Both the position numbers and the translations under genes were made by a program. Positions 11,202 through 23,899 of a stretch of DNA of 64,000 bases are shown piece by piece. Each line of letters opens with the position of its first letter. Within the stretch, counting starts at the first letter, position 1. The stretch covers positions 1,116,001-1,180,000 of the forward strand of contig JAYWIR010000029.1 in assembly GCA_036172245.1 (NCBI GenBank). The letters run 5' to 3'. This DNA is from Raillietiella orientalis (Eukaryota). The notes beneath the pieces were generated by a model. The model worked only from the letters and a program-made list of their open reading frames with translations, had not been told where the DNA came from and ran no database searches.

Positions 11202-12054
11202 TTTTTTTTTTTTTTTTTAACATACTGTTTTGTCTCCACGCCCCTCTGCCCGCGGCAACCCGCAGGGGGGCGTGTAATTCTTCAGAATAGGGGGCACCCC
11301 GGGATGGGGGTCCGCCCTTTGAATCCAGGAAGGGTTCGGAGTCCGTTCCTCTCACGCTTGTGGGGGGATCGCACCTCCCACCCTGGTTGTCTCCGAAGGG
11401 GAACCCCGAAGGGAATCTCATTCCTCATCCTCTCCGGAGGGACACCCCCTGGGAGAGGGGTGGTCCTCTCCATTTTTTCTTTTCCGAAGGGAACCCGGAA
11501 AGGATCCGCTTGTAGGAATTTCTTCTCCGGAGGGAACCCGCAAGGGAACCGCTCCTGTTCACTCCTCTGAAGAGAACCCCGAAGGGACGCTTCCGAAACT
11601 CAGAAGGGGCGCTGCAGCTTCCCGCAGGGAATCGCTCTCGCTTGCTTCCTTGCACTCTGTGAAGAGGCGATGACTCGGAGGGCCCCGCAACAGGGGGGGT
11701 CCGCTCCTTTGAACAACTAGAGAGGTGCCCGTGAGGGCTCCTGCTCTATCTTGAAACCGGAGGGCCCCCCCGGTGGGGGGGGTCCGCTTTCCGTTGTACG
11801 ACCGGAGGGGGAAGTCCCCACTCCTTTATTCCTGGGAAGACCCGAAGGTCAATTTCCCATTGTTCCGGCCTTCATCGGGGGCCTCCGGCTTAATCCACCT
11901 CCGGTGCCACGCCCGAATGTCGCGGCCAACCAGCGCCATTGCAGGAGAAACTCGGAACTCGACGACACAGTGGCGTCAGAGTTTCTGCCGAAGTATTCGA
12001 ACCCGCGACCCTTGTTGCCACACGCGGAAGCCTTAACCACAAGGCCTCCGACGC
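11202..12054 (-). mobile_element. tRNA-headed SINE-like element (copy B), about 850 bp, with an internal degenerate repeat array and a poly(A) tail
   Basis: The minus-strand head GCGTCGGAGGCCTTGTGGTTAAGGC...CGTGTGGC...GCGGGTTCGAATAC has A and B boxes and a tRNA-His-like GTG loop. The body is homologous to 25949-26699 and has about 6 GAAGGGAACCCCGAAGGG-like units. T17 at 11202-11218 is poly(A) on the sense strand. Confidence 0.7.
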
Positions 12055-12799
12055 GGGCCTTGTGGAATTCTTTTCTAAGGAGACACCGTGAGCATCATAG
12101 ATCAAGATCCGTTTGGACAGAGACAGTGCAGACAGAAGACCAAGACAGACACCAAGACTTCAACGGACAGCATTCCGGCGAACTCGGAAAAATTCTGAAC
12201 AATCTTTTTCCTCTTCCTTTCGTTTTCATCCGCGAATGCTGAGCTGCCGCCCCTGTCCTCTTTGAACAACATGGATGTTCCCAAAGGAACACCCACACGT
12301 CAGTCTTGGTAAGCAAGTGAAGTCTGCTTTCCAAATCTTTTCCAATTCTGGCCTTTACATTGTCAGATCATAGTCACATTGATTATGATGTGACGATGCA
12401 GCTTTCCTCTGCTGCCGCCTCTGCACTCACTCGTGGCAAGTGTTTGGTGACGAAAGGAAGAATGCGTTAAAGAGAAGGGGAGATGTCGAAAAATGACAGG
12501 TGGTCATTTTCCGACCAGTTCGGTCTTGAACTTTCCAAAGTACTCCCTTCATGAAACCCACAGGTGAAGGTCAATCTGAAAGGAAGGGCACATCTTGAAG
12601 CGGTCAAAGGCAGCCACACCTTCTCAAATGACATCGGTTCTGCTGTGGCGCTATTGCCGGATTGACAACGTGAATTCATCTGGGAAACCGTGGCGTGACG
12701 TTCCTGTCCTTATGGAGATCCGTAGTAACTTGCCTTGCGTTGCTGTGACGATAAATGTTTGCACACATTCAGATACCGGTTCTGATCCTGAGAGGACGC

Positions 12800-13700
12800 C
12801 CAAAACCTAGAGATCGATTAGCTGCTTCGAGATATTTGTTACGGTCCACGAGATTGTAGCGTCGTGAGCATCCCGAATGTTGCGTGTGACCGCGACAGAT
12901 TTCAGAACTGCAAGAAACCCATGTGGAAAAGAGCAGTTGCTATGCTGAGAGTCTGGAGAATGCCTAGTTACGCTTTCTCTCCCCCCCTCCCCAGGAAGTG
13001 CGGGAAACAAAGGGAGACGCCTGCGCAGTGAATGCAAAGAGCTGCGTTTGCAAACAAGAAGCGTGTCTCCTCTACCCGAAGACTGGCAGCCTTTTCCCCA
13101 AGCACTTGGAGAAATTTTTCCAAGCTCCACAGTCGTACCACGATCGCTTCCTCTCTGCCCGCTGCTGCGTGACCTTCGTGCAAGCCTCGCCTCTCTTCAG
13201 TCTGAGAGATCAGAGTAAGAGCGTATCGAGTGAGCTCCGACAACAAATCGATCATTAGCTACCCAGGAAGATTTGAGCAGGTCTCACCCTAATTAATTTT
13301 AGTCAACAGGTGGAACATCGCCTTGGCTTCGATTCATTCTCAAAGTCCACTGCAGACAGCCAAGGAGGCTGTCAAAGAAACGCGAGACGAGGAGGTTTTC
13401 CGGGTTTGTTTGGTTTGCATCAAGTACAGGTGCCCTGCGGCTATCTCATTTCAGACATTTCAGCAGCAAAAACAGAAAGCTGTCTCCTCTCCGAACTTGA
13501 ACAATTGTAATTTGACACTTTGAAATGTTGATGACTGGATAGTACGCGAAGAATTCGCTTCCGCATTCGTTTGTTTCCATCGAGGCAAATGCGTCAGGAA
13601 GATCTCCGACGTGTACCGGGACCACGTGACAAACATCCATCCTTTCATCCCACGAAATCTTCACGAAACCTCTTCACTGCTCGCAGGTCACCCACCAGTC
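12800..13700 (-). pseudogene. Possible decayed NACHT/STAND NTPase fragment
   Basis: Only weak motif resemblance: LEKFLQVLGEKAA...RFLF (helical domain-like) and CSFPH (winged-helix FxH-like). Many stops and frameshifts. Confidence 0.2.
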
Positions 13701-16429
13701 GAGTAGGCGCTTCACGCAAGTTGTGGGTTAAAGCACGTAGAGGAAGAACGAGGCCCTAGAAGCACTCGCACACAAAAGGCAATCTTCCCAGGTGTGTACA
13801 AGCCTGGTGTCCTGATGCTTGGCACTGATGCTTGGGTGAACATCCATCAGGATCCGCTCTATCTGGAATTTTCGCCATCTGTGCGCTTCCATTTTGCTTT
13901 CCTTGGTGCAGCTGCAGTGTGCATCCTCGTGTCAACCATTTTTTCCAGCTTTCTCTCTCTCCAAACGAGAGTATTTGCTCCAGTGTTGATCTCTGGACTT
14001 GTTGTTGCGAGATAGCGCTGTTATTGTACGGACTCTCCTTGCCGGAAGACTCCTAACTTCGAGGAACTCGGGAGACAGAACTTTGTGAATCTTCTCACAA
14101 GGTCTTTTGGATTCCCGCTTGTGAATTCGGAGAAGAAGGATTAGAATTACTGCCGTGTTGATTACGAAAAAGGGACTTCTGAAAACAGACTAGAAATGCT
14201 TATTGAAAACATCAGGTTTTTGCGGATGGCCTCTTGGAGCGCCCTCAACATTACCAAAAAGCATGTTCTTGCTGGATTTGTTCCCAGTCTCTTTCTCATC
14301 CACTGCCTGTAGCATCCAATTTACAGGCAATTGATCAAAGTGCTTTTAGGAATTTGAAGTGTTGCTGTGGAGACCCGGGTTGATATTGAAATCGTAGTTC
14401 CAGAGGTGCTTTTCCGGCAATCATTGATTACAGATCTCGCAGAATCTCCATCAGAATAGCGGGCGTCGAGCAGAGTTCGATCGCCCGGAAGATGACATTT
14501 AGAATGCTAGGAGCTTGGTAACAGCACAGCATCCAGCAATCGGAACCGTCAGATCAACGAGCAAAAAACGATGATATCAGAGCTGCAGGCGCCGACGACG
14601 ATCGTGGAAGTCAAGCACTTCCTGGAGTGTGTCTGGCACACAAAAGAATTCAAATAAATCAAATGATGTCTTGATGGATTGCACTGATATGAACGATGAT
14701 GAAGCGACGTGTGGCATCTTTGCCGCTGACGCATTTGGAGACCTCGATGGATCAAGGTCAGAGCTAGAGGAGGAAGGATAGCCGATCAGCACAGTAGTAA
14801 AACGCAGAAGATTCTTGACATCAACGAGGAGTGCACTCTCATTGGAAGATCATCAGCACACCTTCGTGGGAAGCACAAAATGATGCCTTCCACCTCAGAG
14901 ACTGAGAGTAATGATCTTTGATTCCCAGAGTGCTTTTCTTTCTTTTGCCTCAAACGCTTCGAGAGGAAAGAGAGCCCATCATAGGCAGTCATCTGACAGG
15001 TTTCCCATCACCGATTGCCAAGGAAGGTGAGCACATTTATCTCCAATTTCCTTGGATCTCAGGACTGCCCATAGGCCATTTCTGAGAAAATTCTTTGAGA
15101 AACTTTGGAAATGGAGTATTCCTTGATTCCTTGAAAATAGATGGGATGTCTGGAAGATGGAAAAGAGATGTCCTGAATCTTACGGAAACGGGATTCTAGA
15201 TTCCAAAATGTTCATAGACAATTGGAGAAGGATACGGAAATTTGGATTCCAAGAAGGAACAACCAACGCGTTTCATGCACGCCAATCATCAGATTCTTCT
15301 AGGAAAGTTCCGGCAAACAGGATGGACTACCACAGAGATTACCAAACCGGGATCTAAATTTTCCAGTTTCTTATGATCTCCTAATGATCACGGTCAGCTT
15401 CTTGACTCTGAAGAACAACCCGAATCCCATTTTTACCCTTCTCCTCCTCTTTTGAGAACAAGTGATCTCTAATTCGCAGCTCGAGAAGCTGTTTTCGAGT
15501 CAGTCGAGACAAAATGTCAAATGCACGCTCCTATCATGCACATGTCATGCTCGCTCGACGAGAAAGAGACGGGGGATCCAAGAGATACGCCACCTCTGCT
15601 TCATGAGCGGTGTGAAACACGGCAGTCGGAGGACAGAACGATGTAATGGCCATTGGATGGCATATCCATGGAGCAGCGATTAAAAATGCTGAAACAGCGA
15701 TCAGCAGGCTTTGACCTTGGAGTTCACCAGCGCCGCTGGAGAGAGATCGCTCGGAGTGTTTCATGAGAGCATCATTCGTTGTCGGAGGTTCGATCTCTTC
15801 TTTTCGGGACGGGAGAAAACGAAGGGATTTTTGTTGACTGTCCTCGCTAAGTCGCAGAGCATGATTGTGACCCGGTTAAACAGCTGGCGGGAGAAACTGC
15901 TAGGCAGGAAAAGCGCGAGGGACCAGGCGTAACCGAGATTGGATGCTGAAGGTGGAGAGAGCTGGAAGAATCATGGAATTCTTAGTGCATAAGGACTCGC
16001 ACAGCATAAAATAATAAAACAGCACGTGTGCAGCGGCATAACGACATGTAGTCCATAAGTCTCGATACAGGACGAGGCAAAGAACTCCGAGAACGAAATA
16101 CCTCTTTAGCACTCTTATACAGGGTTTTGGCTCACCTTTACGACGCGTGGAGAGCTCGCAAGAGCTTCAGGGTTGTAGAGAAAAAAGCTGCTTCGAGAGA
16201 ACGCACCGGAGGTTTGCCTTTTGTTGCTTAGAGCAAATTCATGGTGAAACCTGCCTCGTGAAGAGGAATATTTCTGGCAAATGTTTCTGGATTACATGGG
16301 AGACTGGAAAGCGGAAGAATAACAAAGCAAAAAAGGAAAAAAAAATAAGAATAAAAGACAGAAGACCTTAAATCTAGAAGGCCTCCTCTTCAAGAGCAAG
16401 AAGCAGTTACGAGGAGCGAATGATAAACT

Positions 16430-16760
16430 TCCTCATTTTTGGGAGAGATGAGCGTGGGAACGAAAGATTTCCAGTGGAACTCTCCTGCCGTCTGACTTCG
16501 CACCCAGTCTGGACGTCGAGTTCATCAGGTACAGCGCTTTGGGAAGCACTTTGTTTTCGGGAAAAAGAAAGGTTTCCCAGAAGGTAAAAGCGAGTCGCGG
16601 AAACAGCACGCGTCGCACGTCGAGTTCTGAGTCGACGCGCTGGCGTCTCACCCCATCCTCATCACACACTGCCGTGGCCACCACGCTCCTCTTCGATCGA
16701 CCGCGTTACTTGCCCAAGTTGCCGAAGACGAAACCCTCCGCTGCCTCGCTTCCCTGAGGC
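16430..16760 (-). mobile_element. Decayed L1-like thumb-region fragment
   Basis: NKVLPKALYLM resembles the L1 xxLPKxxY segment. Confidence 0.3.
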
Positions 16761-18479
16761 TGGAATGCAGCGATTTCAGGGAGCATGGAAAGAACGTCGT
16801 CCTTCCTGGACGAGACCCAGCTTCCCCCATCACCACAAACGGCCCCTTGGGCGCGGAGAACCGGAGGACGGACAAGCTGCGAAAATCTCAGAACAAGCCA
16901 TCCCTCTTTCCAACCGGCTTGTTACGTTGTTTTAATTACGACCGCAGGTGACATTGAGTGCTCGCATGGGCTCTCCATCACGGAATCACTTTTGCGAGTT
17001 GCAAAACACCGTTTTGTCAGAAAATGTGCGTTTTAATTTACCCCAATTTCCCAGCACATCGGTGCTAGATGCAACATTCTCGTGAAAGTGATCCGCAGAA
17101 TCCCAGCTAGGCACAAAATGATCTTTCGCTCTCATTTACAAAAAGGAAAAAAGAAACGAAATCGACCTCTACGGGGAAAATGATTGGTTGGCTCGTTCCA
17201 GAGACCGCAGAAAGTGTCTTGGAGAACACGTAGGAACGCTCTGGTGGAGTTGCTCCATTTGAACCGAGGTGGTCACCTTTGCGAAACCAACGTAGAAGGA
17301 AGAGGTCCCCGGTCTTCGCTTTCCGTCACAATCAACCTCCGGCTTCTCGCGCCCAGAGCGGGTGATTATCAGACTTCCCGTGACCCCCCGAACCCTGGCG
17401 GAAACCCCGAGGACCTCGGTTCGTTCCCTCTCTCCAAGAACGCCCCAGCTGGGTTTACCATGGAGCGGTGGTGCGCGCCTGTCAACCTCCCACTGTCGCC
17501 ACCACACAAAGAAGCGCTTTCTGATTCTTGCCCATGCCGACTTCCTCCCGAAATTCTTTTTTCCGCCTTCGCATTCCCGCTCGTCCCGATGGGGATCTGG
17601 AAAGCGATCTCAGTTCGGCCGCACCGAGAGCTAGGATCATCCAGAAATCCTTTTCTTCTGCGAGTATGAGGCACGCGTTTTGAAAGCTCAGGGCAGGGTT
17701 GCCATGTTCAGTAATTGCTGCTCAACTGGTCCAATAGAGCCCGGGGTTGCCAAGGAGAAATTCCTAGTGTTCCATTCCCACGATTACTTCGTTCTTTTCT
17801 GGTCCCTCGGTAGAAAACCCGGCCTGACCTTCCGAAGGAACATGACGGCTGATTGCGATTGCCTTCGTTAGGAACCAAGAATGATCTTCGTTTGAGCAAG
17901 AATCATCCAGAGGTGGTGGTCGCCTTCCACATCCTTGAATTCCTGGGACGGAGGCGTTGCATCACCCGCATTCTTCCCGAATGACAGCCTCCGGAAGGAT
18001 TCGGACTTTTCCCCACGCGTGAGCCCGAGACGCAGACTCCCGGCAACGGCGTAACGAGCAACGGGCGCAGCTTTGGGGTATGAGAGATGTTCCTCCTTTC
18101 CGTCGGGAGCGGGCGGTCTGCTTGCCGAAGGGAAACGTTCCCTTCCGCCGAGGACTCGGGTTCTCTCCCTAAGAGCCGTCGCCTTCCGTCGATCTGAACG
18201 GAAGGAGCCGGGGTGGGAGAAGAACGGGAATCGTTTAGCAATGAGGAAGACGCGGTGGGGGACTCAGGAAGGGGGAGAGGAACCGAAGCGACTCTTCCCC
18301 AGGGCGCTGCTGCTCCTGCACCCATCTCGAAATTCACGGCGGGATCGCGCACCTGCTCTCTCAGGAGAGCGACGCCCCCTCCTGCCGTGCTTCAGGATCG
18401 CAGGATTTTCGGCCTCCATTTTTTTTTTTTTTTTTTTTTCTGTTTTTCGGAAGCACGGGTGTTCTGAAGTCCCCATTGA

Positions 18480-18750
18480 CGGCGGCTCCAGATGGCTCCT
18501 GGGTTCTGGAACCAGTCGTGGGCAAGCAAGGCATCCGCGCGCAAGCTCTCCCAAGCCTCCTGAGGGAATGCGAACGTGAGGAGGAACTTTCCTCCGAAAT
18601 ACTGCACTCTCCTGATTTCGCGGTCCAGGGCGAGATCCTGAGGGAGGATCATAAGAAGCCGGAGACGAAATCCCACGGGCCGAGCGGGACGGAGAAGAGC
18701 GTTCGCATTGGACGGAGACTCCTTGCAGCAGAGCGCTTTCGGAGTGGCCA
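18480..18750 (-). mobile_element. Possible L1/Tx1 ORF1 (RRM) fragment
   Basis: REIRRVQYFGGKFLLTFAFPQEAWESL resembles the ORF1 RRM strand pattern. Confidence 0.25.
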
Positions 18751-19148
18751 ATCGGATGACCTTGAGGTGGAAAGATGGCGGAGGCGGGAAGGGAGGGGGA
18801 AGGGCATTTCAAAGGGTCCCTCCGAGATTCGATGATCCTGAAAAGGGAAAAGGAAAATTCTTGCGAAGGGGAAAAAGGGGGGCGCATCCACGGCGGTGGG
18901 ACTTCCTTGCATCAGGAGCCCCCTACCTCTAGGAGGTTTCCCTGGGGGCTTCCATGGGTGTGTTTGTTTTTTTGGATTTCGTCGTAACGAGTCCGGGGTG
19001 AGAGGGAGGGAGCCTTGGACCCCCTTAAGAAGGGAGTCCAAGGTGTCATGCTGTCACCACTTCGGGGACCATCCTTGAGACGAACCTGCGAGGGCTGTAG
19101 CTCATGACAGGAGTCCGGTGGTGCTCCCCATGTACCGGAACAATACAA

Positions 19149-19168
19149 CTGCTGCTGCTGCTGCTGCT
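19149..19168 (+). repeat. (CTG)n/(CAG)n microsatellite
   Basis: Seen directly; it encodes poly-Gln on the minus strand. Confidence 0.9.
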
Positions 19169-19599
19169 GAGCCGGCGGCGGCAGACTACCGTGGTTGGCA
19201 AAGAAACTGCCCTCGTAGGGAGGCTGCATGAGGAGGGCATGGAAGAGCCGCAGTGGAGGGGCAGGTGTTTGGGGTGCACCACTTCTCTGCATCTCCCTGC
19301 CTTGCAGCACATGTGGGGGGTGGAGAAGAGTCGCATTGTGGTGACGTCGATGAGGAGGAGAAGACCCCGCTCGCGTATAGAGGAGCAGTCTGGACTCGGA
19401 GGACCTGCTCCTCAGAGGGGAGCCGGTGGGACACGGTAGGAGATCCCAATCCCAGCTGCGGATGGTGGTTGCAGTGGTAAGCGCGCGCCGGAAGTTCCTG
19501 CTGTGGCTCGCACTTTGAAAGAGCGGGCCGGCGGCGGAGAAGGAGGAGGAGAGAGAGGGAGGGAGATGATCCACAAGCGGAAAGAACAGGGCGGAAAAA

Positions 19600-20250
19600 A
19601 AAATCAAAAACTCTTGAAGAGCTCTTCCGCCGGTGATGGAGTCTCCGCGAGTGCGTCTTTCAACGGACCCTACGGTTTCAACGGTCCCTTCGTCGTTCGC
19701 GCTTCCGACTTTGTATTGACCCATGCACTTGTGATACTGGAAGAAGGAAAGGGAGCGGGAAGAGCCGCGACGGCTCACTAAAGTGGTGATGAATTCAGGG
19801 GACCGGGCAGCCATGGGTCCCGAAAGATTCCCTCTTCTTTCGAATGGATTTCGGAAAGGATGGTTCGAGGATCCTTCGCAGCAAGCGATGGCCTCGGGCA
19901 GAAAGGCTAGGAGGATTCGGAGATAGCGGCTCCCAAGGCTTCCACCCATATCCTCCCGGAATTCTGTTTTTCGGGGTCCATCGGGTCGCGGTCGGAAGAT
20001 CGGCGGTGCAGCCGCTCTGCGGCGCCTGCTGCAGCCTGGTTCCCGCACCTTCGATGACTGGCCGGCGGCCTGCCGCTGGCTACAAGAACATCGGACCGAT
20101 GCGAACCTCAGCGGCGGCACCGCGGACCTTTCTTGCGCAGTCCCCTCCTCGCCGGCTCGCACCTCTCCCGATCTCCCTCTGGTCACGGTCGACATGCCGG
20201 AGGCGGCGCTCAGCAGCTCGTGGTTTCCAGAGAAGAGACTCCGTCCAGTG
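19600..20250 (-). mobile_element. Decayed L1-like RT/thumb fragment
   Basis: VPPLRFA resembles xxFADD, SRYLRILL resembles KYLGI, and EFITTLVS follows. Confidence 0.3.
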
Positions 20251-20899
20251 TGAGTGCCCTCGGGCACCGGATGCTACAGCGCTACCATCCGACTGGAACC
20301 GCTTTAAAGAGACATTTCTTCAGCTCACTAGCTGTTTTCTCCCGGAGCGCAGCCTCGGATCTTCTTTGAGTCTCCTAGCGTACAAACCTCCTCATCCCCT
20401 GCCCAACCCCCAGGGGGACGGACAGCGGGTCGCTCCTCGCAGACACGCATGTGTGCCGGGAGAGCACGGCAGGAGCGTGGCGAAGAGGGGGGAGGCGTTC
20501 TCTCTGGAACACAAGCCTGGGGGGCTTTTCGCGAAAGCGTTCCCGGACTCTTCCTTCGTCGCTGCCTGTGAGCCGCAAAGCGGGAACCAAAGAGAAATGC
20601 GGAAGCACCGCCATCACGAGAAACCTCTCATGGTCCACTCATCATCATCTAAAATCACCCACAGCATGTCCTCTCCAGGACACCCCTCTTGCAGTGGCAT
20701 GCATGCCTAGGTAGACGCACGCGACGGGCGCAAAGCCGAGGCTCCTACACGGGAGGTAGTGACTCGGGTCCCCGAGAGCGTGTGGATCACCATTGTTCGA
20801 GGAGGTTCCCTGGCCTCGAGGATTTCATCGCGACCGTGGTGTCCGCTCTCCCAGGCCCGCAGCCGCTGGGTGCTGACCGAGGGTCGGGAAGCTCTCTTT

Positions 20900-23810
20900 C
20901 TCCTCCATGGCGGGCAGGGGTCGGATCGGGAACCCCGCCTCACCTCCCGCCGCCCTGGGAGCTGCGGAGGCTGAGGGCCGGGAAGCGCGCCAGCGTCTCC
21001 CGGCGGCGGCGGCGGCGCGCTCGGAGAGGCTCCGACCGCGTGGACCGTTCGGAAGGGCAGCGGCCTTGAAACCGCTGACCTCCTGGCGCGTCATTATCTC
21101 TCCCCCAGCGTCGTTATCTCGGGACCGCAGGAAACCGCGATTGCAAAAGAGCGCACTCGTCGCTACGGAAACGAGAGATCTCCCCCCGAGAAGCAGCAGA
21201 CGGCCGGGCGGAGGTGGCAAGCGGACCGGCGCGGAGCCGAAGAGGATCGGGGAAGTGGGGGGACAGGAAGGGGAAGTCTGTAAGATGCAGCTTCCTCCTC
21301 CGCTCCCCTCCTCCACTCACCCTCCTTCTGGAGCGCGCAGCCGCAGTCCCCCTCGGTCGCGCGCTCGCCGGATCCCGGATCCAGGAACAGCTGCTGGAGG
21401 GGGAAGAGGCACGCGGGACGTGCCGACCTCCGCCTCCACTCTCTCTTTTTCCGGCCATCGGCCCGCCCCCGCCTCCCCCTCGGGAATCTCCGTATGAAGG
21501 AGGAGCTCCCTTGTGAGGCTGATCCAGGGTGGGAGGCTCCTTCGGGAGGGCCCACCTTTCCCTCTCCTCACCTCCTGGACTCGCAGAGCCGGCAGAGGGA
21601 GTGCGGAGGGGGGAAAGTGGTGTGAATAGGGTCGCGACCGAAGAACTCGACGAGAAGTTCCCAGGGAGCGGCGTTTTCGCTGCCGTCCGTTCTCTTCCTA
21701 GGAGCTGCCCCGTTGGGGTGCCCACGAGGCGGGAGGGATCTAAGGGGTTTTCATGGAGAGCGGCAGCGAACGAGGGGTGGGAGTGGACCCTCTCGTGTCC
21801 CAGAGCGATGTTCCTCGGGAGGACCTGAGGCCCTCTTGGTCAGCCCCTCTCTGCTGATCCCTTGGGATGGAAAGGCGAAGGTAGGGAAGGAGTCGCCCTG
21901 AATTCCCTCCTTCAGACTGGTCAGCGTGACCCGTAAGCATCCAGTGCTTCCTCTCGGAGGACCTTCCTCTTCCGAAGACACGCCCTTTCCGTTCCAGAGA
22001 AATGGACGAGGAACGAATCTTCAGAAGGGAGGCTCCTGGAGCTCGGGAAGGGAGGGGGATCGAGGGAAGGGGTAGGGGTGGGAGCAAAGGCACTCTGGAG
22101 CGGAGAGCGGCCGGCTGCTCACGGAGTTACGGGCTCCTCCCAGCTGTCCCCTCGGAGATGCGTGCGGGATGCCCCGCAGCTTCAGGGCAGCGGTGGGGTG
22201 TCCGCCACCGGTCCGCCAGAATACCCTGAGGGCCTCCGGACTTCCTCCGAGAGAACAAGTAGGGAGAGAGGGAGAGGCATTGAGGACATCCTCGCATCCT
22301 ACCCCCTCCTCAGCTCGGGCGCTTTTCCCGCAAGGTCGCCTCCCTCCGATCTTCCTCTCAGGTTTACCCGGTTTTCAGGGAGCGCCGGTTGACGGTAGCA
22401 CGTTCGCCGCCGGACACGCGCCTCGCGCTCTGGGAGAGGAGGAAGCGAGCAGAAGGAGGAGAAGGAAAAGGAAGGGGGTTCCCCTCGGACTCCCCTCTTC
22501 CGGTTAGGTTGTAGAGGAATCCTCCGGACAGGGGAGCAGAGAGGAGGGAGGAAGGAAACGGGATTCTTGGGGCCTTCAGACGCTTCCGCACTCCCTAGCT
22601 CCAGAGAGGGGACGAGCCACCTACCCGCAGAGGAATCGTCCGTTCCCTTGGGAACGGGATCATGGGGCTCGGGGGAGGACGGAATCTGACAGAGCTTCTT
22701 CCAGGGTACGGGCACGGACGGTCAGGGGCCGTCCGTGCTCCTGGACCTTCCGGGCCGTGTGGAGCTGCCGGTAAGTCGCCGCTGCCATCTTCCGGCTTGT
22801 TTCCGAACCCTCCTGCAGTCACATAGGGAGGGAAACGGAATCAGGGAAACGGGGAGGGAGGAAGGGTTCTCCCCTCTACTCTTCCCGGGACGTATTCGGC
22901 GGGGGATGAGTTCCAGTCCCTCCTCCTGCTTCCTTAGAGGGTAGAAGAGGACGTCTGCCGGCACTTCCGCCAGGGAAGAAATGCCAAGGCGGCCACCTTC
23001 GGGGTGAACTCCGAGATGGCAGATCTGGCGGGAGCCGTCACCCTGGGTTTCTTTCCGCTCTGTCGAACTCGGGGCTCCGCCTCGAGCTTCCAGCCTCAGG
23101 CCTGGGAGACCCGCTGCATACACTCCGCTGGGAGTCTCTCCTCCATCCCGCCGTCCTCCTCAGAAGCCTCCTTGAGTTTCCAGAAGAAAGGACCTTCCGT
23201 GCTGGCCTTCCTCCTGTCTCTGAGGGATCGACCGGGATCCAACCAGAGTTAGCCAGAGCAAAGCTGTCTTGTTTTGTAGTTTTGAATTTAATATTATAGT
23301 GAAAAATCTATAATAAATTTAAGGGACGAGAAGACCCTTTAGAACTAGTGTCTTAAAGAAATTGAAAGAATGGTAGTAAGATGAGCTTTTGAGAGGTAGG
23401 GAATGAGCGGATGTTGTCTGGGGCGGATGATGAAGAATTTATATTCGTGGTTTGGTAATTTTATATGGAGTCATATTTTATCCTATTCTAGGGGAGGTTG
23501 AATCTGGAGGCGGAGGTGGGATTGGTGGGCAAGAGGGTCTCCGAAGGTAGCCACAGAGGCGGAGGGTGGTCCCTCGGAGCGAATATCCCTCCAAGGATTG
23601 GGGCGCGTGCCTCAAGCGCTCGGATTACGCAAGGATAGTGCCGGCTCATCGGTGGAAGCCACCGCGGGGACTGGCGGCGCTCGTGAAGCAGACCCCTACC
23701 GGCATTTCCACATCCTTCCCGCGCCTCTCCTGAACGGAAGGGAGACGAGGACCCGCCGACGCCTGCTTCTGTCCGGTCCCTCTGCTCTGCCGTCGGTCTT
23801 CCAGGCTCTT
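20900..23810 (-). mobile_element. GC-rich decayed L1/Tx1-like ORF2 (APE to thumb), interrupted by a NUMT
   Basis: Colinear degenerate motifs on the minus strand: PILGGIF (~ILGGDFN), SASRFNL (~SRID), then the NUMT, then GPFFWKLK (~GxWKLN), PVPKGTDDSSAGRW (~LIPKxxD...WRP), DLAGKAPE (~DxEKAFD) and PYLRLSI (~YLG). Confidence 0.5.
23250..23488 (+). rRNA. rrnL: Nuclear insertion (NUMT) of a mitochondrial large-subunit (16S) rRNA fragment; non-functional
   Basis: An abrupt AT-rich island carrying GCTGTCT...TTTGAATTTAA...AGTGAAAAA...GGGACGAGAAGACCCT (core at 23325-23338)...TGGGGCG (23419-23425). These are conserved metazoan mt-16S domain IV/V blocks in the correct order. Confidence 0.88.
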
Positions 23811-23899
23811 GCACTGGCAGCTAACCGGGAGATCCTCGCTCATCTTCTGGGATATGCATCCTCCTCTTTGCCTCCCTCCCATTTCCCCCTTCTTTCCTC

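Noticed and set aside
11390..11790. CRISPR-like repeat-spacer array
   Set aside because: The units are degenerate and irregularly spaced, lie in a eukaryotic SINE-like body, and have no cas genes nearby.
18912..20267. 451-aa ORF (also 25997..27208, 45833..46960 and 47118..48077) as real genes
   Set aside because: They cross unrelated repeat fragments, homopolymer runs and SINE/LINE boundaries, are rich in Arg/Ser/Pro/Gly, and show no coherent domain.
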